From positions 201,624,001 to 201,688,000 of the forward strand of contig OZ024742.1 in NCBI GenBank assembly GCA_964016885.1: DNA of 64,000 nt, written 5' to 3'. Below the pieces are notes generated by a model. That model worked only from the letters and a program-made list of their open reading frames with translations. It ran no database searches and was not told the DNA's origin. A program made the position numbers and the translations under genes. Positions 27,901 through 42,473 of this stretch are shown here, piece after piece (positions within the stretch are counted from its first letter, which is position 1; the number at the start of each line of letters is the position of its first letter). Source of the stretch: Eledone cirrhosa (lineage: Eukaryota).

Positions 27901-30139
27901 AAGGGTTTAATCTATGGACCAAACCTCCGCCAAGTTGGCCGCCGATCCGAAAGAAACCACTCTGACGGGTTTCTTCAAACTTTGCCAGTTCGATAAATTT
28001 GCGCAAACAATTGAGTAACCCCAGGTTCCATCCTACTTTATATGGTCGAAAAACACTTGGGTTCGAAGAAAGTCAGGTCAGGCTGTTGAAAGACATCCTG
28101 GTGTAAAATTTGACAGCTGTCTTGGAAGGGTTTACACTGTCCCCCAAGTGAGCATGAGTGCTTTCATCTCCGCCTTCTTCTGCATGAAGTTGTAGGCCCA
28201 CAAAGTTTTCAGGACCTCAAAACTGTTGATGGAGAAATATGTGATACGTACCGGGAAGCCTGCTTTAAGCGTGGTCTTTTAGAAGATGGGATTCGACTTT
28301 AGCAGAGGGTGCTTTGTTGAAATCACCTAAAGGTCTACCGGAACTCTTTGCCATTTTGCTTCAAATGTGTGAAATGTGTGACCCCAAATATTTATGGGTC
28401 AAGTACAGAGACTTCATGTCTGAGGACTTCCTGCGCCTGGCTCATCTGCAGTATACTTCAGTGGAAGTTGGTTACAGCGACATTATCTATAACAAGGCAC
28501 TCATTGATATCGAGGACACCCTCCTCGACATGGGTGGGAGTGAGTTAGCGACGTATGGCTTGAGTGAGTTCGCGACGTATGGCTTGCCGTCAACCGTCAG
28601 AGAGGAAGCTAACACGTTGGCCCCAGATGTGTTGCGGGAAACAGCATATGACATCGAATGGGAGTGAGTTGGCGAAGTATGGCGACAGCAGATTCAACCT
28701 TTAAACTCCCCTTCGATTCAGTAAAAACTGAGACACCAACATGCAATATCAGCAAGAGCTCACACGAAGCCCTGGTTCTCAAAAAATGTTGCTTCATTGT
28801 TTGGGATGAGTGCACAATGGCACATAAAGGTGCCCTCGAGGCATTGGACAGGACCCTGAAAGACATTATGGATTCTACGGCTCCTATGGGTGGCGTAACC
28901 CTTCTGTATCAGGGGATTTTCGGCAAACGCTTCCTGTCATCCCCAAAGGGACAAGAGCTGATGAAGTGCATGCCTGCCTTAAATCGTCCCCGTTGTGGCC
29001 CCAGGTGAAGCGTGTGTACCTGAGCACAAATATGCGTGCTCATTTGCATGGTGACAACATGTCTGCAGCATTTGCTCAGAACATTTTAGCACTTGGTGAG
29101 AGAAAGGTCCCTGCGGATGACAAGGGTGGCATAGCATTCGACTCCCTTGCAAAATTGTGAGCAGCCCTTCTGACCTTTGGGAAGCAGATTTTCCTAATGT
29201 CTCATCTAACTTTAAAAACCTCGATTGGCTCAGCGATTGGCTCCGAAAAATGCCATGGTTAATTTTATTAACGAGCAGCTGATTGAGAAGATTCTCGGTA
29301 AAGAGCACATCTTCAGATCTATCGACCGACGATATCTTTAATTATCCGGTTGAGGTTTTAAATTCCCTTGAGCCCCCAGGGCTCCCACCTCACATTCTTA
29401 AGCTTAGGGTTGGCTGTCCCATTATGCTAATAAGGAACTTGCGTCCACCAAAGCAGTGCAAAGGTACTCGCATAGTTATCAAGTCAATGACGCCCCACTT
29501 GATTGAGGCCACCATTGTAACGAGGTGCGAGAGAGGGGAGAATGTTTTCATTCCAAGGATGAACCTTTTCCTCTCGGCGTCAGATATCCCATTCGATTTC
29601 CGGCGATCCCAATTCCCGGTGAGACCATATTTTGCCATGTCCATTAATAAGTCACAAGGGCAGACATTGTCGGTGGCGGGCATCCATTTGGGGAAACCAT
29701 GCTTCTCCCATGGCCAACTTTATGTTGCCTGTTGCCGCGTAGGGAGCAGGAATGGACTTTTTGCTTACACTCCTCAAGGGATGACACGCAATATCGTCTA
29801 CAAAGAGGTACTATAGATGTGGGTGCAGGTGTTGGAGGTGTTGGAACTATGCCATCTGCAAAACTATTTCCTGGTAGGGTCACCCATGGCGGACAGATTT
29901 GACACCCAGCGGCATCAGCGCCACCATCTTGCCACTTTGGTCTGCTAAATTCGCTATTGGAAGATTATTAACCCATCATTGATTGTCCAAAATGCTAATT
30001 GGTTCGTAAATTTTAATAACCGGTTCAACTGCTTTATGCACTTAATTGATAAGCTTATTCGCTTTCAAGCCACGTTTACCTGTATGTAACTTTTCATAGC
30101 AAATGAACAAACCCGAGCAACGCCAGGCTAAACTGCTAC
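24935..30139 (+). mobile_element. Helitron, decayed autonomous-type copy
   Basis: 5' TC, 3' cccgagcaacgccagg hairpin-like motif then CTAC (CTAG variant). Inserted between A and T with no TSD. Carries Rep/helicase remnants. Confidence 0.92.
25645..29816 (+). pseudogene. Helitron RepHel (HUH/Y2 Rep + PIF1-family helicase), many stops and frameshifts, internal deletion near 28660
   Basis: AFQMTSFG, TFKVQGQIYH, LFITFTRNPKW, EWQKRGVPHTHIL, SIKYICKYV, IVWDECTM, FAMSINKSQGQTL, CFSHGQLYVA. Confidence 0.93.
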
Positions 30140-30427
30140 TTATAAATATTCGAAAAACTCAGATTACATTTATTGTATTCAGACATGTAGAGCGAAATTT
30201 TCTTTTTTATTTGAATTTGGCAAAGCTGACCATTTATCGCTCGTATAGAGGAAACTGACTGGTCAGTCTGCTGATATACAAATCTGGGTGATTAGTGGAT
30301 CTGCTAATATGCAAATCTGACTGATCAGCCAGTCTGCTAATATGCAAATCAGGCCGATCAGTCACTGTGTATTTTTGAAAATAGCATATATTTTCACTAA
30401 CTCTGACAGTTTGGCAGGTGAACAGTG

Positions 30428-30475
30428 AGCTGTACTGATGAAGGGTGATACCCAGAAACATTAATGTCTGCAGTT
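30428..30475 (+). ncRNA. Hammerhead ribozyme (type I, canonical core)
   Basis: agctgta-CTGATGA-a gggt gat accc a-GAAA-cattaat-GTC-tgcagtt. Stem III region acattaatgt is palindromic. Confidence 0.85.
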
Positions 30476-30755
30476 CTGTTCGCATGCCAACACAAGAGCA
30501 AGCATGAAGTGTTCATTCTACTGACATGGCTATAAAATTGAGGCTTGTTTGCATAATTGCAAACGAATCGAATGTTATTATTAATATTCGAAAAACTCAG
30601 ATTATATATATATATATATATATATGTATACTGATGTGTTGAGTACCTTATTTACAGTGGTTACCTCCATTTCACCCGAAATCTACATATATATATATGC
30701 ATATATGTATGTATGTAGTATATATATGTATATATAAACACACACATACATACCC

Positions 30756-30822
<67 letters not shown>

Positions 30823-30825
30823 TGT

Positions 30826-30942
30826 GAAGGCGTGTGGCTGAGTGGTTAGATAATTTGATTGGCAATCGTATGGTTGTGAGTTCGATTCCTGGACCAGGCG
30901 ATGCGTTATGTCCTTGAGCAAGACACTTTATTTCACGTTGCT
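30826..30942 (+). mobile_element. tRNA-derived SINE 5' part (second family)
   Basis: A box tggctgagtgg, B box gagttcgattcc, then gtccttgagcaagacacttta. Confidence 0.75.
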
Positions 30943-31045
30943 ATTTCTACCTGGAGTTGCGACCGATAGATAGTATTAGCAATTGGAAAGACCAACGGAA
31001 ACATTGTGCCCTCGGTCCGATTTTACGAAAGTCGATCGTTCCTTT

Positions 31046-31475
31046 TATATATTGGTAAACGGAAAAGAAAATGCCGACAAATTGTTCCCAGTGAAAAATA
31101 GTTTAATTAGGAATAAGTAAAAATTAGTAATAGTATTGGTTAGTATTCAGTTTTGGTTTTAAGTTTTACCGGTTGCGCATTTCTAATGCTTTTCAAAAAT
31201 AATTTTGAGATAGAGCGCCCGTGATGTTTGCTCTAATCTATTAGATTAGATTAGAGCAAACATCAGGAGCGCTCTATCTCAAAATTATTTTTGAAGAGCA
31301 TTAGAAATGCGCAACCGGTAAAACTTAAAACCAAAACTGAATACTAACCAATACTATTAGTAATTTTTACTTATTCCTAATTAAACTATTTTTCACTGGG
31401 AACAATTTGTCAGCATTTTCTTTTCCGTTTACCAATATATCATAACTCGTGTGTTACACCTCTATTCTTTTAAAT
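31046..31475 (+). mobile_element. ~400-bp fold-back palindrome, copy 2 (subfamily A), tail on the right
   Basis: Reverse-complement arms around gctctaatct-attagattagatt-agagc. Tail cataactcgtgtgttacacctctattcttttaaa leads into (TA)n. Confidence 0.92.
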
Positions 31476-32054
31476 ATATATATATATGTGCGTGTGTGTA
31501 TGTATGTAACTATAAATATCGATACCTATTCAACGCATGTGTTTCTTTCGTAAAAATCCAATTGGCTAGAAGCGTAAGTAGTGAATGCTCCCAGTTATCT
31601 CTCAATAAATACCTGCTAGTGTTGCTATTGGAATGGAGGGGATTGAAAGAAATGTTGCTTGAATTAGATTGGAGAGCAAATATATATGTATTGGTCTTTA
31701 AGAAGGAAGTCTTGGACAATTCACAAGAATTTCAGATAATCGAATGAAGAGATATTTCTCGTTTTAGTACAGATAAGTAGTTTACTGGATTTGGCATAGA
31801 ATTAAGGAAACCAATCAGTCAAGTTTGCAATTTTCAACAGTTGAAAATTACAAACTTGACTGTCACCACACATTATGAACCTGAAGATTGCGAAAGCATA
31901 AAAGTACCTGTTCAATTAACACTTAACATTTAATATTCTACCATACTATTTCATTCTAATACCATTATAAATGTTAAAGGATTGTAAATAAAACGAGTAA
32001 ATCAGACAAAGTTGGAATTCCTTTTATTAATATTTATATATATATATATATATA

Positions 32055-33273
32055 TTTAAAAAAATAGAGATGTAACACACGAGTTGTGATATACGTGTTT
32101 GTACCCAAGTTCTTATCCCCTGAAATGAAAGAAGCGAGATTATTGGCAGCTCAGTCAAACTTGGATTTGTTTCAGGAGTGGGATGTGAAGTTTCTGGACA
32201 GCATCGTCACGCAAGATGAAACAACGCTTTCAAAATACTCACCCGAAAGTAAAAGAACCTCAGCTGAGTGGAGAAAATATGATGAAAAACCTCCTATCAA
32301 AATGAGAAGCTGAACCAGCCATAGACGTGAGTTCATGTTTTCAATTTTCTGGACTAGGAAGGGAATTACTAGCACTGATTTTCTGGATAAAGGCATGGTC
32401 TGCAATGCTTCTTATTTTAGTAAACTGGTTACTGATTGTAAGGAGAAAAAGCGGAAGACGCCTAATGTGCCACTTTGGCTTCTAATCGACAATGCCCCTA
32501 TTCACACAGCAAAACTTGCACAAGAATGCATTGAAAAATGTGGCTTTCATCAACTCGTTCACCCTCCTTATAGTCCGGACATTGCTCCAAGTGACTTCTT
32601 TTTCTTCAGACTGCTTAAGAAAGAGCTCAGTGGTAATCACTTTGCAACTGGAGAGGAACTCAAAAGTTTTGTTAATGAATATTTGAACTCTTTGGATGAT
32701 TCATTTTTCAAAGCGGCGTTTGAAGAATTACTGGTAAGATGGCGAAAGATGGTTGTAAACAATGGAGGCTACATTGAAAAATAACTTTATTAATGTTTTC
32801 TTTACTAGTATTGAATGTATTTTCAAATAAAATTCGTTTGAATGTTCTAGCATTTTCTTTTCATACCGAGTATTAGAGATTATTGACCCTACCACGTATT
32901 AGTAAAAGGAAAAGAAAATGCTGACACATTTTTCCCAGTGAAAAGTAGTTTAATTAGGAATAAGTATAAATTAGTAATAAGTATTGGTTAGTATTCAGTT
33001 TTAGTTTTAAGTTTTTACCCTTTGCGCATTTCTAATGCTTTTCAAAAATAATTTTGAGATAGAGCGCTCCTGATGTTTGCAGATTAGAGCAAACATCAGG
33101 AGCGCTCTATCTCAAAATTATTTTTGAAAAGCATTAGAAATGCGCAACCGGTAAAAACTTAAAACTAAAACTGAATACTAACCAATACTTATTACTAATT
33201 TATACTTATTCCTAATTAAACTACTTTTCACTGGGAAAAATACGTCAGCATTTTCTTTTCCTTTTACTAATAT
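32055..33273 (-). mobile_element. ~400-bp fold-back palindrome, copy 3 (subfamily A), tail separated from the hairpin by the mariner
   Basis: Tail 32055-32093 and arms 32897-33080 / 33089-33273. Removing the mariner restores gagttgtgatatattagtaaaagg, as at 61080. Confidence 0.9.
32094..32896 (+). mobile_element. Internally deleted mariner (DD34D) transposon
   Basis: FVPKFL, VTQDET, LLIDNAPIH-x-HPPYSPDIAPSD with 34 residues between the last two catalytic Asp. Ends cgtg.../...cacg are flanked by duplicated TA. One in-frame TGA at 32311. Confidence 0.9.
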
Positions 33274-33434
33274 ATATATATATGTATATAAGAATTAAAA
33301 TACTAGAGTGCGTTGGAGTAAAACACACTCGTCATATTATAGAAATGACAGTATCGGATATAGCTCAATGTAATACAACAGAGCCGAAAAATTATAAAAA
33401 TAGACAAAGAAGCCTTCAATACATCAAAAATCTT

Positions 33435-33483
33435 TATTAGCCTACAATGTTTCGTCCCATTAATAAGGACTCATCAGGGCAAT
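33435..33483 (-). ncRNA. Hammerhead ribozyme
   Basis: Reverse complement of the motif at 36978-37026. Confidence 0.85.
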
Positions 33484-33733
33484 TAAACAGATAAGAAGCA
33501 TTAACGGCCAGAACAATCCAAAACTCAGAAGAATATGGAATTCATGTCTAGGAAAGCATATGAGAGATATGAAGGAAAAGCATGCTAAAGCTAAAAGTTT
33601 GCAGTTACAAAAATAGATTATATGGCAAGGAAGTGTCAAACCCACGTTGAAATTACAATGTAATACAAATACATTAAATACAACATGGTAATATAATATG
33701 AGAATTACAATACAATATAATGGGTAATAAAGC

Positions 33734-33792
<59 letters not shown>

Positions 33793-36609
33793 TTACACAA
33801 ACACATACTAACACTTAATAAGTATAAATATACTCCTTATAATATAAAATAAAAATAAAAATAAAAATTCCCTGACGGTGCGCATAAACTAAACAGAAAA
33901 TAAACTATACAAATAATAAGCTATACAAGAAATAATATAATATAATATAATAATATAATAAAATAATATACAGACATCAAAAATATACAAAACTACGTCA
34001 TACATATCACTTAATGTCAACAAGTTGTATATAAAGTTTTACAAGGGCAAGAAAAAATATCTTAATAAGACTGGAGTATGTTGAAGAATATATATATATA
34101 TATATACATAAAATACATACGTACATAAAGTATTGATAATAAGTATATAGATTACATTTATAAAATACTACAAAATATTATAAAATATAACAAAACAGTA
34201 CCTTAAAAATCAGACATAAAATAATACGTATAATTCCATTACATAGAAATAATATGGTATATAAATATTAATATTATAATGATAAATGATATAATAATAT
34301 AAAAATATAAAAGCAGACTGGCAGAGTCAATTGAATAATATATTATATTAATATAGGGAGGCAAGTTATTATGCAAAGCATATTATAGGAAGACAAAGCA
34401 GCAAGTGGTAGTGAAGAAGTAATGATGATGATGATAGGAAGACAGACATCGCGTGGTAGTAAAAAAATAAATTAAATAAAACGAGGAACAAAAACAAAAA
34501 ACAAAAACAAGCACAGTACGTAGGTATAACGATTCATTATGTAAACATAGAAGGTGTTATTATTCGAAACTAAAGAGTTGAATAGAAAACCTTATTAAAT
34601 TAATTAATATTAAAATTGCCCAAAGGATATTATTAGTAAGTCCAAATGGAATAAAGTTTAATTCATCAAAGTCGTACAAAATTAGGATATTTCAATAAAA
34701 ACTATAATATAATATATATTTTAAGATCCGATTATATGAATTACGTTACCAAAGAAAAATCTCTAAATAAAACTATGGTAGACCAATGGGAACAGAAAGA
34801 AGTGAAACTATGGAGGATAGGAAGGATATAAAAGTAAAGGTTAATATATAATATAATATAATAAAAAGGAATACAAAAGTAGAATTAATATATAATATAA
34901 TAAAAAGGGGTGAATATGAAGTGTGTAAAGGAGGAGGTTCATTAGTTTTAGATGTAGGAGACTCAAAATTAAACTATTCAATAAGATACAAACTTACTAG
35001 GCGATAATATTGAGTAAAAATGTAATAATGTTTAAGATGATAGATATGGTAAGGTAGCTAATACGACTATGAAAACTAAAATTCGAAAATCGAAACAACC
35101 GTGGAAACTTAATAATAATGGTAATAAAAATGAACTAAAACCAAAGAGATAGGGAAATATAGCAGCTAATGGATACGGTTTAAACTACCGGAACTTTTAG
35201 GTCTATAATAGAAGAGAGAATTAGAAATGGCATGCGGACAGGAAGAAAATATCTCAGATTTTCTATTAAGCAATATGCTCCTAGAGAAAATTATAGAATG
35301 GGTCTCTAGGATACAAAGATTATAGATATGGTGTGCCAAAGAAGTAGAGTTCTTAAACTTGATATGCTTAAAATTGGAAACATGTGAATTAAACCTAGTT
35401 TTAAAAGTATTAGATGTGGAGCCTATATATGTGCTACAGGAAGAATTAGTCTTAACTTCACAAGCATAAACAATGTTCCTAGAGAGGCAGTGACCATTTA
35501 AAGGGCAGTTATTACTTACTCTACAGTTACACTTCCGGGTACTAGTGACTAGCTGATTACGCGATGCATTATTCCTAGGGTTATTATAAGATAAGATCTG
35601 CTCGGGCAGTACGCAAAGAGGAGTAGCTATCCCTAATTTTCCTATTGTTAGTGCTAGCTAGATGAGAATTAATGTTAGGGGTGGTAGAGAAGGGGAGTTT
35701 AATTACGTTTTTATTAAATATACCATGATATTTATTAGTAGGAGGGAAATTTTTCTCTAAGATAGAAAAGAAAGACCTAGGGATTTTAGTTAATACTTCA
35801 TGATCAAAAGGCGGGTTAAAGTAAGTATTGAGTCTCCTGCTATTCCTACCTTTACTATCTGGTATCCTATTAATAGGATCAGGGTTAAAATGAGGATCAG
35901 TTGAATTAACACTATTAGAAGCAGTTAAAACATTACCACTGGGTGAACGTTCAGAGCGCCTATCTTGCTCCCTAGAACTGATCTCGATATGCGTACCATT
36001 AGACTCACTAATCCTCCCTATATTAATATAATATATTATTCGCGTAAATATCTCTTAAACATTTTCAATTGACTCTGCCAGTCTGCTTTTATATTTTTAT
36101 ATGATTATATCATTTATCATTAAAATATTAATATTTATATACCATATTATTTCTATGTAATGGAATTATACGTATTATTTTATGTCTGATTTTTAAGGTA
36201 CTGTTTTGTTATATTTTATAATATTTTGTAATATTTTATAAATGTAATCTATATACTTATTATCAATACTTTATGTACTTATGTATTTTATGTATATATA
36301 TATATATTCTTCAACATACTCCAGTCTTATTAAGATATTTTTTCTTGCCCTTGTAAAACTTTATATACAACTTGTTGACATTAAGTGATATGTATGACGT
36401 AGTTTTGTATATTTTTGATGTCTGTATATTATTTTATTATATTATTATATTATATTATTTCTTGTATAGCTTATTATTTGTATAGTTTATTTTCTGTTTA
36501 GTTTATGCGCACCGTCAGGGAGTTTTTATTTTTATTTTTATTTTTATTTTAATTTTATATTATAAGGAGTATATTTATACTTATTAAGTGTTAGTATGTG
36601 TTTGTGTAA

Positions 36610-36728
<119 letters not shown>

Positions 36729-36977
36729 GCTTTATTACCCATTATATTGTATTGTAATTCTCATATTATATTACCATGTTGTATTTAATGTATTTGTATT
36801 ACATTGTAATTTCAACGTGGGTTTGACACTTGCTTGCCATATAATCTATTTTGTAACTGCAAACTTTTAGCTTTAGCATGCTTTTCCTTCATATCTCTCA
36901 TATGCTTTCCTAGATATGAATTCCATATTCTTCTGAGTTTTGACTTGTTCTGGCCGTTAATGCTTCTTATCTGTTTA

Positions 36978-37026
36978 ATTGCCCTGATGAGTCCTTATTA
37001 ATGGGACGAAACATTGTAGGCTAATA
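36978..37026 (+). ncRNA. Hammerhead ribozyme (minimal type I)
   Basis: gcc-CTGATGA-gtcc ttattaatg ggac-GAAA-catt-GTA-ggc, followed by aataaa. Confidence 0.88.
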
Positions 37027-37528
37027 AAGATTTAAAACAATAGCATACGGTCTTCAAAATGCTTTTAATTAAGCATAAAGTGTATTGCAAAATACATTAT
37101 ATATACATCCATATATATATTGCTATTTCAGAGCTCCAATTCTAATTTTTAATTTCTGCCTGACCAACAATCGCTCTGCATAATCAGCTCTTGATTATTT
37201 ACTAGAATTCTATAAGAATATAACATCAGTAATCTCAGTAGACAGGAGGGGTAGTTAGCCTTGATAAGCTTCAACAAAAGCGAAACAAGGCCCTTGTCGG
37301 CTTATCTGCCCTGTTTGCTGAGATTAAAGTAAGTGAATTTGTCACTACTCTAAAACAATAGCATACGGTCTTCAAAATGCTTTTAATTAAGCATAAAGGG
37401 TATTGCAAAATACTATATATATACATCCATATATATGTATGTTTGTATCTACAGACACACATGCGCACACTCTCGCACACACTCTCACACATACACACTC
37501 ACACATCGGTATATATACATATATAATA

Positions 37529-37599
<71 letters not shown>

Positions 37600-37603
37600 G
37601 TTT

Positions 37604-37778
37604 TATTGATAGTGCACTGTGTCTCTTTCTCTAGTGTGTAACGTTTTTAACATATTGTATTTTAAAGAGCTCAGGATTCCTTCTCCTTCTCAACGGAGAA
37701 GGAGTCCTGAGCTCTTTAAAATACAATATGTTGAAAAGGTAACACACTAGAGAGAGAGACACAGTGCGCTATCAATAA
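37604..37778. repeat. ~83-bp-arm imperfect palindrome
   Basis: tattgatagtgcactgtgtctct...ccttctcc [ttctcaac] ggagaagg...agagacacagtgcgctatcaata. Confidence 0.85.
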
Positions 37779-37891
37779 TACAGGGAAAAAACCACCAGTG
37801 TATGGAATCTATAACCTATGAAAGGCAGAGTATAGACATGATAATTAAAAATATAAATTAAAGTGTAAATAAATACCTCTATAACTATATA

Positions 37892-37973
37892 ACACACGTA
37901 CACATCCAAAGAGATCTGTTTCGCCAGTAAGCCGTTGACAGAAATGGAATAACCTCGGTTCATCAGCGTGTGT
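37892..37973 (-). ncRNA. Hammerhead ribozyme
   Basis: Minus strand: acacacg-CTGATGA-(stem II)-GAAA-cagatctctttggatgt-GTA-cgtgtgt. Confidence 0.78.
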
Positions 37974-38253
37974 GAGGCTATACATTTCAGACAAGACTAA
38001 GAGAATTTAAAGCGACCGTCCAGCTACACGCGGGAGAGAGATGTCACAGCGTCTTTAAGGGCAGTGAACCAGTGGCCTCTGAGGGATGAGCTGCTAGAAA
38101 GGGCAGCCCAAACCCACTCAGATAGGTGTGCTCAACCAAACAGAGAGAGAGAGGAAAGACTGTTATAAGGAGCGAAATATCACGATAAATTAATGGAGCC
38201 ATAGACTAATGTTTGTATATATGCATAATATATATGTATGTACACACATGCGC

Positions 38254-38296
<43 letters not shown>

Positions 38297-38385
38297 TGTG
38301 TGTGCATGTGTGTGTTTGTATGTGTGTGTGTGTATCTGTGAGAGTGTGTGCGAGAATGTGCGCGTGTGTGTTTGTATATATAATT

Positions 38386-38745
38386 GTTTCTACGTTTGGC
38401 ATAAGGCCAGCAAATACCCAGTGTATTACTGGTACTTTATTTTATTGACCCCATAAGGATGAAAGGCAAAGTTAACCTCGGCGGGATTTGAACTCAGAAT
38501 GGCAAGGGCCGTAACTCTATGCGCCAAAGCATGGCATCCAGCCCTCTACCGATACTGCCAATCCACCGCCCTTTTGTATATATATATTGTTTCTACTTTT
38601 GGCACAAGGCCAGCAATTATCCAGTGCATTACTGGTACTTTATTTTATCGACCCCGTAAGGATGAAAGGCAAACTTAACCTCGGCGGGATTTGAACTCAG
38701 ATGATACAGCATGGCGTCCGACCCTCTACCGATACTGCCAATCCT
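38386..38745 (-). mobile_element. Two tandem tRNA-derived SINEs (Meta-SINE-like central domain)
   Basis: A box tggcagtatcgg, B box gagttcaaatcc, and ttgcctttcatccttacggggtcgataaaataaagtaccag. Confidence 0.85.
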
Positions 38746-39297
38746 TTTGTATATATAATAAAAGAAGAACAGTAACTTTAGACCAAAGGTTCTCAACCGA
38801 TTTCGGCCAAACGCCCCATTTAGCCCCTCGAAATCACGAAACGCCCCCTACCCTATTTTTCTATTTTTGTATTGATACTATTGATTTTGATATCAGTAGA
38901 TTACTGGGCCAAATCAAGTTATCTTAGATTCTTTAAAAAATACTCGTACGAATTAAATACAAAAAAAGTTTGTCTAAAACAAAAGCAAGCTATTTCAAAT
39001 TATATATTTTTGAAATAAAAAAAAGATTTGATCTCCGTCGAAAAAGCTTTTTATTTTAAAAATTCTATATTTCACTGTTAGCTGTTGTAATATTTTGAGT
39101 GGGTAGACGATTGAAACTGTAAAGTCAAAATACAAAAGATGCAAAATATGAAGAATTGCTTACCTTTCTCTGAAATCACAAACTCGGGGGAAAAATAGTA
39201 CCTTGCAAAATAATATACCTCATAGCAAAATAATATACCTCATAAGTAGTAAGGAATGAATTGAGAAGCTTTGAGATAGATACACACACGCACACAC

Positions 39298-39422
<125 letters not shown>

Positions 39423-39561
39423 CACACATACATACACACACACAAACCTGTGTGTGTGCTTTGGTTTTGGTACAGAAAGAATTCTGTCTCCAGTTTTTAT
39501 TGCCAGGTCAAAGGCCACTGCTCTTTTCAACAACACCAAATAACAACGCCATATATATACA

Positions 39562-39645
<84 letters not shown>

Positions 39646-39871
39646 GAAAAGAGAAAGAGGGGGACAGAGAGAGTAAGAACTGTGTGTGTGTGTTTGGTAC
39701 ACGTCTATCTATCTATCTATCTGTCTATCTATCTCCAACAGGGGGCTCAAACATGGTAGACCAGACTGAAAAATGAAAATATATATGTGTGTGTGTGTGT
39801 GTATAATATATAAATATATATATATATTACTTCAAAATATTAATAAATATAGACATTCATGTGATCAAATA

Positions 39872-39937
39872 TATTTTATTATACATATTTCAGAGGTACT
39901 GAGCTATTTCAACAGTACGTCCTCATCAGATAAAATA
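39872..39937 (-). ncRNA. Hammerhead ribozyme at the end of an AT-rich non-coding insert (~39830-41180)
   Basis: Minus strand: tattttat-CTGATGA-ggacgtactg...cagtacctct-GAAA-tatgt-ATA-ataaaata. Confidence 0.8.
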
Positions 39938-41253
39938 AGTTGATGCCTGACATACCTTGACTATGATGATGGTTATAATTAAGTCATGGCAAAACTCAAT
40001 ATTTATATACCTTAAGTTGAAACATGAAAAATTACATATAATGCAGAGGGTACGTATGAGAATGTGTATAAAGATATATAATAATAAATAACTAATAATA
40101 TCTAATACATAAACTTACATAACTGTTAAAAATTTAAATAAGATATGCTTACCTCATTATTGCAGATAGAGTAAGCGAGAGATCGAGAAAGCTAATCACG
40201 GGGAAAGAGAGAAGAAAAAAAAGAGATTTGATCGTAGGAACAAAAGAAGGGAGATATATGAGATAGCGAGAGGTGATCAAAGGAGATAGGGAAGAAATGA
40301 AAATAAGTTTAATAGTATGAACAAAGAGAGGAAGATATGCATGGTAACGTATAAAAAGATAGGGGGGGGGGGGTATCTAGGCATATGACGCGTGACCGTT
40401 TATTTTCAAATCTTAAGTTAATTAGAAATAGTCAATTAATCAAATGACATGAGATTTTAGACTATAAAAATTTGAAAGGATTTATATTATTGTATTATAT
40501 CAGAGTTAAAGCAAATGTAACGTGAAAGAGATAAATTTGTTTATCATAACTCCAAAAGTAATCACAAGTATATTTAAAAGTATATTAAAATGAAAAATAT
40601 AATCAATATATTAGTTATAAAACATTAAAATTAAAATGTTATTAACTAACCATAAAGCATTATAAATGTATTTAATAAGATATTATTAAACCAGATTTAT
40701 CTAGATATACGCATTTGTATAATTTATATATAAAGGTTTAAGACGATATCAGTCACTTATATATAATATAATTACTGTTAAAAGTGTTATAAATTTGATT
40801 CAACTAGATTTTACTGTATTCAAAATTTTACATCATTAGTACAAATAATTAATCAACTCGGATCTAAGGAAACTTTTATTACGTGAATCGTAAACAAACA
40901 TTTAGAGTAATTAAACGGTTTACGAATCTGAATACATTAGATGTACCAAATATATAAGATATAAGATTTAAAAACTATAAAAATCTAAATTAAATGTATT
41001 TAAACAATCTAAAGGTCTTACATACTCAACAAGAGATCAGGTTAACAATTTCTATGTTTAAGTAGAAACCCCTAATCCAATATTAATAATAGCATAAATA
41101 ATAAAAGAATTACAAGAATTTTTAATCTGAGAGAATATCGTTTCACGCTCGAAATTATTAATAAACGTCTAAATCATTTCAATTATATATATATTATATA
41201 TATATATTATATATATATGTGTGTGTGTGTAGATTTATATATATATGTATGTG

Positions 41254-41301
<48 letters not shown>

Positions 41302-41408
41302 TTAAAATATTTGCTCTACGGTTCTTATATATTTGATATATATTTATCCTTATCGAGCCCTCTTTGGATTTTAGTCTTCAAATTTATTATTATTACTATA
41401 TATATATA

Positions 41409-42353
<945 letters not shown>

Positions 42354-42399
42354 AGGAGAAGCGAAGTAGTTTCAGATGTTAAAGTCCTTTAATAATAAT

Positions 42400-42473
42400 G
42401 CTGTGATACATATTTCAATGGCGACAGTGGCCACACTGTTCCGTGCACCAGTGCCGCGCCATCGTCAGACAGC
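42400..42473 (-). ncRNA. Hammerhead ribozyme
   Basis: Minus strand: gctgt-CTGACGA-tggcg...cgccatt-GAAA-tatgt-ATC-acagc, followed by attaaa. Confidence 0.75.

Larger units (their letters stand above)
24644..30210. mobile_element. Fold-back palindrome of a HHR-bearing repeat, right arm split by the Helitron
   Basis: Left arm 24644-~24817. The right arm is 24832-24934 plus 30140-30208, which rejoin as gtta|ttataaatattcgaaaaactcag. Confidence 0.85.

Noticed and set aside
30255-30365. Short spaced repeats resembling a CRISPR array
   Set aside because: The context is eukaryotic, the units are tandem without unique spacers, and there are no cas genes.
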